DNA from: a virus
DNA: 64,000 nucleotides
IMG/VR virus record: IMGVR_UViG_3300031649_000001
Coordinates: 47,262 to 111,261 of that record
Reading direction: 5' to 3' (one strand)
Every line of letters begins with the position of its first letter. The stretch's first letter is position 1. This document shows positions 39,611 to 49,311 of the stretch, in pieces. Both the position numbers and the translations under genes were made by a program. The notes below the pieces were generated by a model. That model ran no database searches. It had not been told where the DNA came from and saw nothing but the letters and a program-made list of their open reading frames with translations.

Positions 39611-39991
39611 TTACTCCTCGTTGATGAGCCGGTAGTAGGCGGCCAGGATGTCGCCCACGTGCTCGTTCTGCCGGTGGGTGAGCGCGATGGGGATCGTACG
39701 CACGCCGGGGTGGTCGGGGTCGGGCACGGCCGGGAGGTCTCCCCGGCGGCGCGGTGGCTGGGGGCAGGTGAGGGCGTGGCGGGCCGCCAGCAGCAGCCGG
39801 TAGCCTTCGCCGTCGTCCATGGCCTCGGACTCTGTGAAGCTCTTGGTCAGGCCGTCGTGGAGGTTGACCTTGATCACCAAGTTGGGGCCCAGGCGGAGCG
39901 GGATGGTCTCGCCGTAGAGCAGGCGTTCCTCCGGGGTGGGGCGGCGGCGCGCGCGGGCCAGTACGCGGCGGGCGGCCGTCCAGAGCGACAT
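39611..39991 (-). CDS. Hypothetical protein
   Basis: GGAGAG RBS. Confidence 0.6.
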   Translation of the reverse strand: MSLWTAARRVLARARRRPTPEERLLYGETIPLRLGPNLVIKVNLHDGLTKSFTESEAMDDGEGYRLLLAARHALTCPQPPRRRGDLPAVPDPDHPGVRTIPIALTHRQNEHVGDILAAYYRLINEE

Positions 39992-40099
39992 GGCGGGGCT
40001 CTCCTTCCGGCCGCCCGCCCGGCCGGTCGGGCGGCCGGGCGGGCGGGAGAGGTAGGGGGTGGGGTGCGGGAGGGTGTACGGCTGAGAGTACGGGCGGTG

Positions 40100-40387
40100 T
40101 CAGGGCTTGCGGACCTTCTCCGCCCGGGGCTTGCGCGCCATGACGGCCGCCCGCCGGGCGTCCCAGCCGCGCAGCCACATGCGGAACTCGAATTCGCTCA
40201 TGGCCTCGGGCATCCTCTGGTGGCAGGGCTGGAACAGGATCGTCACGCACTGGTCGTCCACGCTCCAGGCGGTCTGCCAGCCGGGCATGATGTAGTCCTC
40301 GCCCTGCAACTGCGTCAGCCGCAGCTCGACGTTGCGGCGGCCCTCTTCGGCGGCGGCCTGCTCCCGCTCTGTGCTCACAGTGGTCAT
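40100..40387 (-). CDS. Hypothetical protein (cassette-driven)
   Basis: AAGGAGG RBS, cassette upstream. Confidence 0.65.
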   Translation of the reverse strand: MTTVSTEREQAAAEEGRRNVELRLTQLQGEDYIMPGWQTAWSVDDQCVTILFQPCHQRMPEAMSEFEFRMWLRGWDARRAAVMARKPRAEKVRKP

Positions 40388-40423
40388 CGGTCCTCCTTCG
40401 CTGATGGCCGGGCCCCCGCCCGG

Positions 40424-40474
40424 GTGACATGAGGTTATCCACCACGGACGGGGGGCGCATACGTTATGTCACAC
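40424..40474 (-). promoter_or_regulatory. Dyad promoter cassette (divergent copy)
   Basis: GTGACATGAG...ATGTCACAC arms ~50 bp apart. Confidence 0.6.
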
Positions 40475-40480
40475 GTCCCT

Positions 40481-40915
40481 CTAAAGGGCGATGGCCTTCT
40501 CCTGGATGGCCTCCCAGTTCACGCGCTCCTGGTCCCAGGGCACGATCAGCCTGCCCGCGCCCCGGCCGTGCCGCAGGATCTCCAGGCCCTCGGGCCGGAG
40601 CACGTAGGTGTAGTCGATGCTGTCCACCTGGTCCTGGGTCCTGAGCCAGTGGTCCTGCTCGCCCTCGTGCATGTCGTGGCAGTAGCAGATGTCGTCGCCG
40701 ATGGCCTCCGCCCCGAGGAGCTTCCACCCGGTGGGGTGCTGGTCGATGTAGTAGCGGGCCGCCTGGTCCAGGTCGCCCCTGAAGTGGGCGACCACCTGGC
40801 GCCACACGGCGCGGCCGGTGTGGGTGGGGTAGCCGTCGCCGCCCACGTACATCCCCGCGAACTTCGTGGGGTCGTCGGGGTCGGTGAGCCGGGCGATGAT
40901 CGCCTGCGTAGCCAT
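40481..40915 (-). CDS. Conserved phage hypothetical protein (MxT...YxxxDGYP family)
   Basis: MATQAII...MYVGGDGYPTHTG...DYTY. Confidence 0.7.
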   Translation of the reverse strand: MATQAIIARLTDPDDPTKFAGMYVGGDGYPTHTGRAVWRQVVAHFRGDLDQAARYYIDQHPTGWKLLGAEAIGDDICYCHDMHEGEQDHWLRTQDQVDSIDYTYVLRPEGLEILRHGRGAGRLIVPWDQERVNWEAIQEKAIAL

Positions 40916-40927
40916 GTGCGGGTCCTC

Positions 40928-41428
40928 TCAGGTGTCCAGGAGCGTGATGATGTGCACGTCGCCCTCGCCGTACTCCTTGGCCAGGGCGTCGTAGACGGCT
41001 CGCCCGGTGGGCGTCAGGTCGTCCGGGATGGCCTCGTAGTAGCCGCCGACGTGCCGGTTGCTCAGCGACGCGGAGGTGGCTCCCAGGAACCCCGCCCAGC
41101 GCAGCCCCAAGGACAGCTCGTCCTCGCCGCGCAGGTGCGTCAGGCTCCTCGCCAGGTCGCCCTCATCGGCCCGCTCCAGGGCGGCGCGGGCCGCGTGCAG
41201 CCGGGTGCGGGCGCGGTCGTGGTAGCCGCCCTCGTCCCAGATCTGCGGCTCGGCCATCCGGAACGGCACCCGGGCGTCCGGCTCGCTGAGGTAGGCGTAG
41301 ACGTCCACGTTGCACGGGTCGTCGGGGCGCTCGGGCGCCAGCACCACCAGATAGGCGAACAGTCCGCCCTCGCCGGTGTCGTCGTACAGCACGCCGGGCG
41401 TCGGCCAGTTGATCATGTTCACGGGCAT
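40928..41428 (-). CDS. Hypothetical protein
   Basis: AGGAG RBS; ends HIITLLDT. Confidence 0.65.
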   Translation of the reverse strand: MPVNMINWPTPGVLYDDTGEGGLFAYLVVLAPERPDDPCNVDVYAYLSEPDARVPFRMAEPQIWDEGGYHDRARTRLHAARAALERADEGDLARSLTHLRGEDELSLGLRWAGFLGATSASLSNRHVGGYYEAIPDDLTPTGRAVYDALAKEYGEGDVHIITLLDT

Positions 41429-41439
41429 GGGTGGCGCTC

Positions 41440-42129
41440 CTATTCGACGGCGTCGCGCAGCGTACGGTGCGCGACGATGGGGCTGAGGGTGAGGCGGAGC
41501 CAGCCGGTGAGCTGGACGGAGGCCATGCGCTCCAGGTAGGCGTACGCCCCGTCCAGGGCGTCGGCGTGCTGGGTGGTGTCGGTGGTCAGCGTCTCCACCT
41601 CCCGCCGGTACACGTCCTCCGCCTGGCCGATCAGCCGCTCGGCCTCGGCCTGGGGGTCCTTCACGCCGCGCACGCAGATCAGGAGCTGCCGGGTGGTGTA
41701 GGCGGTGCGCACCTGAGTGCGGACGTGGTCCTTGCCCGGCATCCAGATCGGATCGAGGTGGTCGTCCTCGTCGAACCGGGACTCGGTGATCTTCGCGCCG
41801 TGATAGGCGCCCATGGAGACCATGTGGTCCGCGTGATCGAAGAGGGCGCGGGCGGCCTCCCGCATGTAGTGGCCGTGCCGCTCCTGCCAGCTCATCGGCT
41901 CCGGCTCGGTCATGGGCACGTTGGCGGCGCACGCCCGGCGGACGATCCGTGCGGGCTGGGTGATGCCGCCGGGGCGCTCGGCGTGGAACTTGGCGAGGGC
42001 TGCGTGGGCGGAGCCGACGGCCATGATGCGGGAGCGGCCGGGCCCCTCGCCGTCGGGACAGTCGCAGTCGGTGTAGTGGAGGGCGTAGCCGCCGGTGACG
42101 GGCACCAGGCGGACGGGGAATTCGGTCAT
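41440..42129 (-). CDS. Hypothetical protein
   Basis: Preceded by ATCCACGCAGATAGAGG. Confidence 0.7.
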   Translation of the reverse strand: MTEFPVRLVPVTGGYALHYTDCDCPDGEGPGRSRIMAVGSAHAALAKFHAERPGGITQPARIVRRACAANVPMTEPEPMSWQERHGHYMREAARALFDHADHMVSMGAYHGAKITESRFDEDDHLDPIWMPGKDHVRTQVRTAYTTRQLLICVRGVKDPQAEAERLIGQAEDVYRREVETLTTDTTQHADALDGAYAYLERMASVQLTGWLRLTLSPIVAHRTLRDAVE

Positions 42130-42155
42130 GTGGCTTGGTCCTCTATCTGCGTGGA

Positions 42156-42521
42156 TCAGTCGTTGTCGGGGCTCGGGCGGCCGACGAGCATGGCTCTGGC
42201 CTCCAGTGCGCGGTGGAGCAGGGCGGGCTCGCCGGGGGCGACGTCGTGGGCCTCCACGGAGTCCTCCAGTTCGGGCAGCTCCAGCCGGAGGCTGTCCGGC
42301 TGGCTCTCCATCAGCTCCCGCAGGGCGCGGCCCCGGAGCGGCATGCGCACCCACACCGCCACGTCGGCCAGGCTGACGGTGACGTACAGCGCAGGCCCGA
42401 GGTCCACCTCCACGGAGGCGCCTTCGGCCAGCACGTCGCGGAGTTCTTCGGTGGTCAGCTCGCTGTAGTCCAGCCCCTCGGTGTCCGCCGCCGGTTCTGT
42501 CGGCTCCGGCGCGCCGGTCAC
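42156..42521 (-). CDS. Hypothetical acidic protein
   Basis: GTGA coupling. Confidence 0.6.
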   Translation of the reverse strand: MTGAPEPTEPAADTEGLDYSELTTEELRDVLAEGASVEVDLGPALYVTVSLADVAVWVRMPLRGRALRELMESQPDSLRLELPELEDSVEAHDVAPGEPALLHRALEARAMLVGRPSPDND

Positions 42522-43384
42522 TGGCCCTCCGTCTGGGGCTCCTCAAGGACCACCCAGTCGCCCGGCTTGTCCAGGACCAGCCAGGTGCCCAGCTCGGTGC
42601 GGGGCACCGTGATGCCGTCGGGGTAGTCGGAGGCCTCGTCGCCGCGCACCACGAGATCGACGTTCGTGGTGGAGACGTCGGTGACGGTGACCGGGACGGC
42701 GCGGGTGGCGGTGACGTAGTACTGGCCGGGGGCGGCGAGGCGCGGCACGCGGCGGCTGGCCGGGCGGGCGTCGGTCTCCGCGTGGCCGGTCAGGGCGCCG
42801 GGCTCGCCGTCGTCCTCCCGGGCGAAGAAGCCGTCCTCGTGGAGCTGGCGGCGGGCGGCGGCCAGGTCGGGCGTGGTGTCGTCGGCCAGGTACCGGAGGT
42901 AGCTGCGGATCTTGCGGCCCTCGTCCAGGACGCCGGTGACGCGGTAGTCGGCCACGTCGGGGTGTGTGTCCTGCCAGTGCTGGACGCGGCCCAGGACGGC
43001 CTCCAGGAGCCGGAGGTTGGTGCGGGCGAAGTCCTCCTCCATCCGCCGCTCGTCGTGACCGGCCGGGTGCTCGAAGAACGGCTCCCGCTCGCCGCCCGCG
43101 CCTTCCTCGGCGTTGCGCTGCTCCGCGAAGACGCCGTTCTCCACCAGGTGCAGGCCCAGGGTGATGGCGTCGGCGGAGTGCAGCCGGGTGACGATCTCCC
43201 GCCGGGGCGGGTTCTTCCCGCCCTTGCCGGGCTCGTCGATGACCTGGGAGACGTAGACGTCGCGGGTGTAGCCGTGTTCGGTGTGGGCCGGGCCGCGATT
43301 CACGCTGACGGTCTCGTTCTCGTAGGCACGCGGCCGGGCAAGCCAGGCGTTCTTGCCGGGGCTGGGACTGCGGTTCTCGGTCAT
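42518..43384 (-). CDS. Hypothetical protein
   Basis: Preceded by ATCCACGCAGATAGG. Confidence 0.7.
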   Translation of the reverse strand: MTENRSPSPGKNAWLARPRAYENETVSVNRGPAHTEHGYTRDVYVSQVIDEPGKGGKNPPRREIVTRLHSADAITLGLHLVENGVFAEQRNAEEGAGGEREPFFEHPAGHDERRMEEDFARTNLRLLEAVLGRVQHWQDTHPDVADYRVTGVLDEGRKIRSYLRYLADDTTPDLAAARRQLHEDGFFAREDDGEPGALTGHAETDARPASRRVPRLAAPGQYYVTATRAVPVTVTDVSTTNVDLVVRGDEASDYPDGITVPRTELGTWLVLDKPGDWVVLEEPQTEGQ

Positions 43385-43411
43385 GACGGGTCGGTGTCCT
43401 ATCTGCGTGGA

Positions 43412-43723
43412 TCAGGCGGCGAGGCCGAAGGCCAGGGCCGTCCGCTTGTAGGCGAGGAGCGTACGAAGCAGGTCGAGCGCCTGGGTGGCCAGGTCGTAGG
43501 CGGCGGCGGGCCGCTGGCGGCCGTTGGCCAGGGTGTAGGTGCGGGCGGCCGGGGCGATGCCCAGACGCTTGGCGGTGCGGGTGATCTGGGAGGCGTACCG
43601 GGCGGCGAAGTCGTCGCCGAGGCCGAGCCGGTCCAGGAGGGTGCGGGCCGTGATCAGCGTGGGCTGGCGGCGGGCGCCCAGGACGGCGGCGCGGTGGTGG
43701 CGGCGGGTGCGCGTCCGGTACAT
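43412..43723 (-). CDS. Basic hypothetical protein (cassette-driven)
   Basis: GGGAG RBS downstream of cassette. Confidence 0.65.
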   Translation of the reverse strand: MYRTRTRRHHRAAVLGARRQPTLITARTLLDRLGLGDDFAARYASQITRTAKRLGIAPAARTYTLANGRQRPAAAYDLATQALDLLRTLLAYKRTALAFGLAA

Positions 43724-43750
43724 CGTGTCTCCCTCGGTCTCCTGCTTGCC

Positions 43751-43804
43751 GTGTGACACGAGATTAGCATCACGGGATACCGCGCGCAAATCTCGTGTCT
43801 CATC
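43751..43804 (-). promoter_or_regulatory. Dyad promoter cassette
   Basis: Reverse complement: TGAGACACGAGATTTGCGC-17-TAATCT.GTGTCACAC. Confidence 0.85.
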
Positions 43805-43892
43805 ACAGGGACGAGTCAGGGCCCCGCCACCCACCGTGTCTGAAGGGAGCGACGAGGCCCTACGGGCATCATGCCATGCGCTGAACGGGAAT

Positions 43893-44396
43893 TCAGACAG
43901 GACGCCCGGACCGGCCGGAGGAGATCGGCGCCGGGGTTACCCCCCGCTCCAGGCACTCGGACACCAGGGCGCGGAAGTCCATCCGGCAGAAGTCCGCCCG
44001 CGCCATGCTGTCGGCGGTGAGCTGGAGCGCGGGCCATTCCTCCCGGTGGAACTGCTCCCGGCCCTGGCCGTACAGCACCTCGTCCAGCCAGAGCGCCACG
44101 ATGTGCACCGCCTTGACGCCGCGTTCGCTCCTGAGGTCGGCCGGGGGGGCATCCGGCCGGTCGGCCGCCCGCCCGCCCGGCCGGACCCACTGATCGACGA
44201 GGTAGCCGATGTGGGCGAGTGCTACCGGAGTGTCGGACAGGTACGAGTCCAGCAGCGCCCGCGCCGCCCTGGCCCGGTCGGGCTCCCAGAACTCCGGCCG
44301 GTACCAGGCGTCCGGCCGCCAGTCCCCGTCGCCGGTCTGCGTGGCCCCCGCGTTCTGGTGGTGGGCCACCACCACGATCCTGCTCGGGCTCACCAC
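43893..44396 (-). CDS. Hypothetical protein (start uncertain)
   Basis: GC3 bias. Confidence 0.5.
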   Translation of the reverse strand: MVSPSRIVVVAHHQNAGATQTGDGDWRPDAWYRPEFWEPDRARAARALLDSYLSDTPVALAHIGYLVDQWVRPGGRAADRPDAPPADLRSERGVKAVHIVALWLDEVLYGQGREQFHREEWPALQLTADSMARADFCRMDFRALVSECLERGVTPAPISSGRSGRPV

Positions 44397-44529
44397 CGGC
44401 CGTTCACCGCCCTGCCGCACCGGCCGCTGGCCCAGTCCATGGCCCGGTCCAGGCGTGCGCCCAGCCACTCCCAGACGGCCTCCCCAGGGCCGCGACGGCG
44501 CCGTCCGGGACGGCGCCGCCTGCCCAGGC

Positions 44530-44823
44530 TCATGCCGTCTTACCCGTCGCCACGACGTCCTTGAAGGTGGAGCCCACCTTGAAGGAAGCGCGGTAGCGGG
44601 CGGGGACGTCGATCTTCCCGCCGGTGGCCGGGTTCGTCGCGGTGCGGGCGCCGGAGAACTTGCGCTCCCAGGTGCCGAACCCGGGGATGACGACCTTCTC
44701 GTCCCCGGCGGCCACGGTGTCCTGCACGACGTCGACCAGGGCATCCAGGAACGCCTTCGTCTGGGTCTGGGTGGCGCCGTCCATGCGGTCGGCGATGGCG
44801 GCGGCGAGCTGGTTCTTGTTCAC
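44530..44823 (-). CDS. HU-family DNA-binding protein
   Basis: NKNQLAAAIA...VVIPGFGTW...ARTATNPATG..IDVPA...FKVG..FK. Confidence 0.92.
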   Translation of the reverse strand: MNKNQLAAAIADRMDGATQTQTKAFLDALVDVVQDTVAAGDEKVVIPGFGTWERKFSGARTATNPATGGKIDVPARYRASFKVGSTFKDVVATGKTA

Positions 44824-45113
44824 GTGATGTAGTCCTTCGTGCTGTCGATGAGTTCCTGGTGCGCGTCCGCTGCTGCGGAATCGCGAACCCGCTGCTCGGC
44901 GAGGGCGCCGAGTGCTCGGGCGTAGTTCAGGGCGGCGCCGATGCCGTGACAGACCGTGTCGCGGAACACGAACCGTGTGCCCGCGTCGGTGCCGGTGCCG
45001 CCGGGCGAGTAGGCGTACAGGTACGTCTGCTCGCCGGTGACGTGGGTGTAGCGGGCGGCCTCCATCCGCATCTCGCGGTAGCGAGGCCTGTTGATCAGCA
45101 GGCTGTACGCCAT
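44820..45113 (-). CDS. Hypothetical protein
   Basis: AGGAGGAG RBS. Confidence 0.6.
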   Translation of the reverse strand: MAYSLLINRPRYREMRMEAARYTHVTGEQTYLYAYSPGGTGTDAGTRFVFRDTVCHGIGAALNYARALGALAEQRVRDSAAADAHQELIDSTKDYIT

Positions 45114-45122
45114 CGGCTCCTC

Positions 45123-45485
45123 CTAGAAGTCCTGCCGCCAGACCTGGCCGTCGTCGGCCCAGGTCCAGCGCTGCCAGACGTCCTCCGGGACGCTGGGCGC
45201 CTCGCCCTTCACGTCGGCACTGTTGACGATCCACACCTCCATGAACGCGGTGTCGTTGCCGTCGGGCCAGTGGGTGGGCTCGGGCGGCCCGAACTTCCCG
45301 GCCTGGCGGACCATGCCGCGCTGGGACCGGACACGCTGCCCGAACTCGTCCAGGGCGCGGCCGATCGACTGGAACTCCTCGATCGTCGGGTCGGTGGAGC
45401 CGCCGGGGCCGTGGTTGTTCGGGTGGTAGATGAGCCGGAGCCGCTGGCCGCGCTCCAGCTTCATGTCGCTGGGCTCTTCGCCCAT
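45123..45485 (-). CDS. Hypothetical protein (degenerate cassette at ~45510-45560)
   Basis: GAGG RBS. Confidence 0.65.
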   Translation of the reverse strand: MGEEPSDMKLERGQRLRLIYHPNNHGPGGSTDPTIEEFQSIGRALDEFGQRVRSQRGMVRQAGKFGPPEPTHWPDGNDTAFMEVWIVNSADVKGEAPSVPEDVWQRWTWADDGQVWRQDF

Positions 45486-45555
45486 GGAGTGATCCTCTCT
45501 TCGGTGCCGTGTGTGATCACGCTATCCGACAGGGCGCGCGTGCACAAACCTTGTG

Positions 45556-46005
45556 TCACTCACCGTGCATGAAAGCAGGGCGTTCACCCGGCTCGTCCTG
45601 TTCCTTGGTGTAGGCGGACGGGGTGACCGTGTACGGCACCGTCTCCTCCCGGCCGTCCGGGTGCAGCAGCGTGATCTCCCCCTGGGCCTTCGCGACGCGC
45701 AGGAACAGCGAGCGCGGCCCGGCCTCGGGGTGCTGTTCCTGGCCCCGGCAGATCGCCTGCGGCAGCTCACCCGGGTTGTAGCTGAGGGTGTCGTGGCAGG
45801 TGATGAAGCTCTCTTCGCGGGTCACGGACTCCGTCAGGTACTTCAGGAGGCCAGGCTGTAGGTGCATCAGGTTGCCGGGGCGGAAGATGCACGTGTCGCA
45901 CCGGCGGGCCATGAGCCGGACCAGGCCGCCGTCCGTCCACACCTTCTGGGTCGGCTCGTCGTCCTCGTCGTCGTCCCAGACCTCGGTCTCGATGTCCTCA
46001 TCCAC
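45556..46005 (-). CDS. Hypothetical Cys/His protein (CDTCIFR...TCH...ICRG)
   Basis: GGAG RBS; start overlaps the 12-bp palindrome. Confidence 0.65.
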   Translation of the reverse strand: MDEDIETEVWDDDEDDEPTQKVWTDGGLVRLMARRCDTCIFRPGNLMHLQPGLLKYLTESVTREESFITCHDTLSYNPGELPQAICRGQEQHPEAGPRSLFLRVAKAQGEITLLHPDGREETVPYTVTPSAYTKEQDEPGERPAFMHGE

Positions 46006-46080
46006 GCGGATAGCTCCAGGGGGTGGCCGCCCGGCCAGGTGGCCGGGCGGGCGGGCGGTCAGGTGAGCAGGCGGGGCAGG

Positions 46081-46347
46081 CTACTTCAGCCCGACCATGG
46101 CCTTCAGCTCGGCCTTGATCCGGCGGGCGTCCTCACCGCGCCAGGTGCCCGCGTTCACCAGGAACCGGCGGACGATGCCGTCGCCGGAGTCGTCGCCGAA
46201 GCTGTCCTCCACGCTGTCCAGCCCTTCCATGGCCTGGATGTACGGCTCGGCGCCGAAGTAGATCTTCGGCCAGGTGGAGCGGATCTCGGCCGCGATGTCG
46301 CGGACCTTGCGCGGCTCGGGGGTGGTGTCGGTGGCGGTGTCCGCCAT
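46081..46347 (-). CDS. Conserved phage hypothetical protein (IAxEI..W..YFGAxPY...FL.NA.TWRG)
   Basis: Recognisable widespread phage family; cassette upstream. Confidence 0.75.
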   Translation of the reverse strand: MADTATDTTPEPRKVRDIAAEIRSTWPKIYFGAEPYIQAMEGLDSVEDSFGDDSGDGIVRRFLVNAGTWRGEDARRIKAELKAMVGLK

Positions 46348-46389
46348 GGGGTCCTCCGGTGGCTTGGCCCCCGGCCCGGCGGCCGGGGG

Positions 46390-46440
46390 GTGTGACATCA
46401 AACTATCAACCCCTCGGACCGTGCGCAAATCCCGTGTCAC
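46390..46440 (-). promoter_or_regulatory. Dyad promoter cassette
   Basis: Reverse complement: GTGACACGGGATTTGCGC...TAGTTT.ATGTCACAC. Confidence 0.75.
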
Positions 46441-46528
46441 GTACCTACGGTGACATCAGGGTTCACGCCTCTGTCCACGGGGCTGGCCGCCCGGCGGGGT
46501 GCCGGGCGGCCAGTGTGATCCGCGTGGA

Positions 46529-47404
46529 TCACTTGTCGGTGCAGCTCGGGCACCACACGGAGCGGCGGCCACCACGCAGGCCGCGCTCCTGGACCAGCCG
46601 CGTGAGCGGGTGGGCGTGCTTGTGGGTGGTGCAGATGAGGGCGTACTTGCCGTCCTTGCGGCCGACCTGGGCCTTCTGCTTGGGCTTGTCGTACAGCAGC
46701 TCCCAGCCCTCCACGGCCGCGTCGCCCTGGGCCTCGCGGCGGGTGCCGCCGCCGGTGCCGGTGCGGGGGGCCCGTGCGGGCTTGTCGCGCTCCACGGCCT
46801 TGGCCGCCTCGGCCGCCTTGGGGGCGTCGGCGCAGCCCTTGCCGTGCTCGCCGGTCTCGACGATCTTCTCCACGGAGCAGCCGCACGCGGCCTGGCCCCG
46901 GTGGGCGTCGGCGGCCGGGGCGGCGTCCTCGTCGCTGTTCTCGTCCTCCTGGTCGGGGGCGTTCTCCAGGGCGGCCGTGATGGCGGCGGCCTGGGCGACG
47001 GTGGCGGTGGCCTCGTCGATCACGGCGTTCAGGAGGGCGTCAAACTCCTCGCCGCTCTCGCCGTCCTCGTCGTCGGCTGCCCGCTCGGCGACGGCGTTCG
47101 CCTCGGCCACGGCCGCGTCCTCGGCGTCGCGCCCGGCCTGCTCGCTGGCCAGGGTCTCCGTCACGGCGGCGGCCGACAGCGTGGTCTCGTCGTCGGCGGC
47201 CGGGGCGGCGGGCTCCGGGGCGGTCGCGACCGGCGCGCCCTGGGCGGTGTAGGTGAGCTTGCTGGTGGCCTCGGTGCGGACCTCGACATCCACGCGGTCC
47301 AGCTTGGCGCGGGCGTCGGCCTCGGTCTTGGCGCTCTTGAGGTTCGAGATGCGCTTGGGCTCGGGGCTGGAGGGGGTGGCGGCGACGATGTAGGCGGTGG
47401 CCAT
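46529..47404 (-). CDS. WELLYDK-family protein 2 (very acidic middle)
   Basis: C-terminus GWELLYDKPKQKAQVGR...ICTTH...WCPSC. Confidence 0.85.
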   Translation of the reverse strand: MATAYIVAATPSSPEPKRISNLKSAKTEADARAKLDRVDVEVRTEATSKLTYTAQGAPVATAPEPAAPAADDETTLSAAAVTETLASEQAGRDAEDAAVAEANAVAERAADDEDGESGEEFDALLNAVIDEATATVAQAAAITAALENAPDQEDENSDEDAAPAADAHRGQAACGCSVEKIVETGEHGKGCADAPKAAEAAKAVERDKPARAPRTGTGGGTRREAQGDAAVEGWELLYDKPKQKAQVGRKDGKYALICTTHKHAHPLTRLVQERGLRGGRRSVWCPSCTDK

Positions 47405-47454
47405 GACGGGCTCCTCGGCGAGTCGGGTGGTGCGTGGTGGGGCGGTTCCCCTTA

Positions 47455-47506
47455 CGAGACACGAAGTTAGCATACTCTGATCCGCGTGCGCAAATCTCAT
47501 GTCACA
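47455..47506 (-). promoter_or_regulatory. Dyad promoter cassette
   Basis: Reverse complement: TGTGACATGAGATTTGCGC...TGCTAACTT.GTGTCTC. Confidence 0.8.
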
Positions 47507-47559
47507 CGGGCGGGCGGGCGGCCGGACCCTGGGGGAGCCCGGCCGCCCATCCACGCTGA

Positions 47560-47868
47560 TCAGTCCTCGGTGGCGGGCAGGTCCTCCAGCTCGGCCGCCG
47601 CCTGGGCGCCCTGGGCCGCCTCGGTGAGACGCGTGAGCACCAGCGAGGCCGCCGCTTCACGCCCCATGGCGCGGCTCACCGGGTCGTCACCGGTCAGCCC
47701 GTAGGCCACCGGGAGAACTTCCTCCTCGTAGGTGGTGTGGACCAGGTGGACCAGCTCCTCCATGGCGCGGGTCCAGCCCGGGGCGTTCTCCTCGTCGGTG
47801 AGCTCGCCGTAGATGGTGCTCACGCCCATCTGGTAGTCGTCGGACGGGGTGGGTGCGGTGTCGTTCAA
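47560..47868 (-). CDS. Hypothetical acidic protein (TTG start)
   Basis: GAGGAG RBS. Confidence 0.55.
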   Translation of the reverse strand: MNDTAPTPSDDYQMGVSTIYGELTDEENAPGWTRAMEELVHLVHTTYEEEVLPVAYGLTGDDPVSRAMGREAAASLVLTRLTEAAQGAQAAAELEDLPATED

Positions 47869-47983
47869 GGTGTCTCCTCGTTCGGGCTGGGGGCTCTCCC
47901 CGGCAGGCGCCACGCCCCCTCCCCCCCGGGCGGGGGCGTGGCGCCAGCGAGGGGGGCGGCCGGGGGCCGCCCTCCCCGCCCGG

Positions 47984-48271
47984 TCAGCCGTCGCGGCGGA
48001 TCTGGTCGGCGGTGTCCAGCTCCTCGTCGAGCGCGACGGTCACGCGGTCCAGGATCAGGGAGTGCAGGGCGCGTTCGGCCATGGGGGCGGAGGAGCCGGG
48101 GACCATGCGCATCACGTTCTGCATTCCGGCCGTGAACACGGCGCGGATGGCCTCGTCCAGGATGTCGAGTTCTTCGCTCAGGCGGCTGACGTTGGGGTCG
48201 CCTGCCTCGATGCGGCGCTCGATGGCGCGGCGCATGGGGCTGGTGCCGTCGTTGGGGAGCTGGCTGATCAT
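47984..48271 (-). CDS. Hypothetical protein (cassette-driven)
   Basis: AGGAGG RBS. Confidence 0.65.
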   Translation of the reverse strand: MISQLPNDGTSPMRRAIERRIEAGDPNVSRLSEELDILDEAIRAVFTAGMQNVMRMVPGSSAPMAERALHSLILDRVTVALDEELDTADQIRRDG

Positions 48272-48310
48272 GTGGCCTCCTGTGCCTGGTGGTGGGGGCG
48301 GCGCCCCCGG

Positions 48311-48457
48311 TGTGAGACATGACATTAGCGTCGGCCCATACTCAATGCAAATCTCATGTCACACGGCCGGGCGGTCGGGCGGGCGGCCGACCGGCCAGTC
48401 ATGCGAGACATGAGGTTTGCATACACCAGTAGGCGCCCGCTAATGTCGTGTCTCACA
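48311..48457. promoter_or_regulatory. Back-to-back divergent pair of dyad promoter cassettes around a GC palindrome
   Basis: 48311-48363 (-) and 48403-48457 (+), each TTGCAT...TAATGT within GACA/TGTC arms. Confidence 0.8.
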
Positions 48458-48481
48458 CGGCAACCGAAGGGATCACCAGCC

Positions 48482-48742
48482 ATGGCAGTCAGGTTCGGCA
48501 GACCGCCCCCGCAGACCGACTGGGCACTGGCGTGCTCCGTGCACGCTCAGGCGCTGCGGCTGAGCGCCGACGGAGCGAGCCCGCTCCAGGCGGAGCGGGC
48601 CGTCGTCGAGTACGGCGCGGCCGTCGCGCTGGAGAAAGCGGCCGACTACTGGCGCACCGGCGACCACGAGCTGGCCCGGATGTGGATGCGGGCGGCGGGC
48701 AGCCAGCTCGCCGCCGCGCTCATCGACGTGCCATGGCTGTGA
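48482..48742 (+). CDS. Hypothetical protein (cassette-driven)
   Basis: Follows + cassette. Confidence 0.6.
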   Translation: MAVRFGRPPPQTDWALACSVHAQALRLSADGASPLQAERAVVEYGAAVALEKAADYWRTGDHELARMWMRAAGSQLAAALIDVPWL

Positions 48743-48795
48743 GCCGTCCGGCCGCCCGGCCGCCCGGCCGGACGGGTGAACTGAGGAGAACACAC

Positions 48796-49311
48796 ATGAT
48801 CGAATGGACCACCCCGCGCCCCCTGAAGACCTGGCCGGGCGAGGCCCTGGCCGGGGAGCTGATGAACCAGGCCCGGCCGGGCTCGCGGCACACGCTGCTG
48901 GTGGGGGCACTGGAGGCGCTGGCCACCCTGGGCGCGCCGCTCCACCACGACCAGGCGGAGCACGTGGACTTCCTCCTGGCGGGCTATCTGCGTGGAGTGG
49001 CGGCGGCGGCGATCGTCGCGGACGTCGCCAGCCACACGCGGCACTGGACCGGCGCCCGGGACTACGCGCTGGGCGGTGAGCAGGTGGAGTTCCTGCCGCC
49101 GGACGGGGTGCTGCTCGGGACGCTGACCGTCGCCCTGACCGCCGTGGGCAAGGCGCTCACAATGGCCGGGGCCTGGGGGGACATGCCGCGCGTGACGGTG
49201 CCCGACGGGCACACCGAGACCGTCGGGCTGATCCAGCGGGGGCTGGCCGAGGCGGCCCAGGTGCGCATGGACCAGGTGAACGACCGAGCAGAGGACGTGA
49301 ACGGTGTCTGA
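48796..49311 (+). CDS. Hypothetical protein
   Basis: GAGGAG RBS. Confidence 0.65.
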   Translation: MIEWTTPRPLKTWPGEALAGELMNQARPGSRHTLLVGALEALATLGAPLHHDQAEHVDFLLAGYLRGVAAAAIVADVASHTRHWTGARDYALGGEQVEFLPPDGVLLGTLTVALTAVGKALTMAGAWGDMPRVTVPDGHTETVGLIQRGLAEAAQVRMDQVNDRAEDVNGV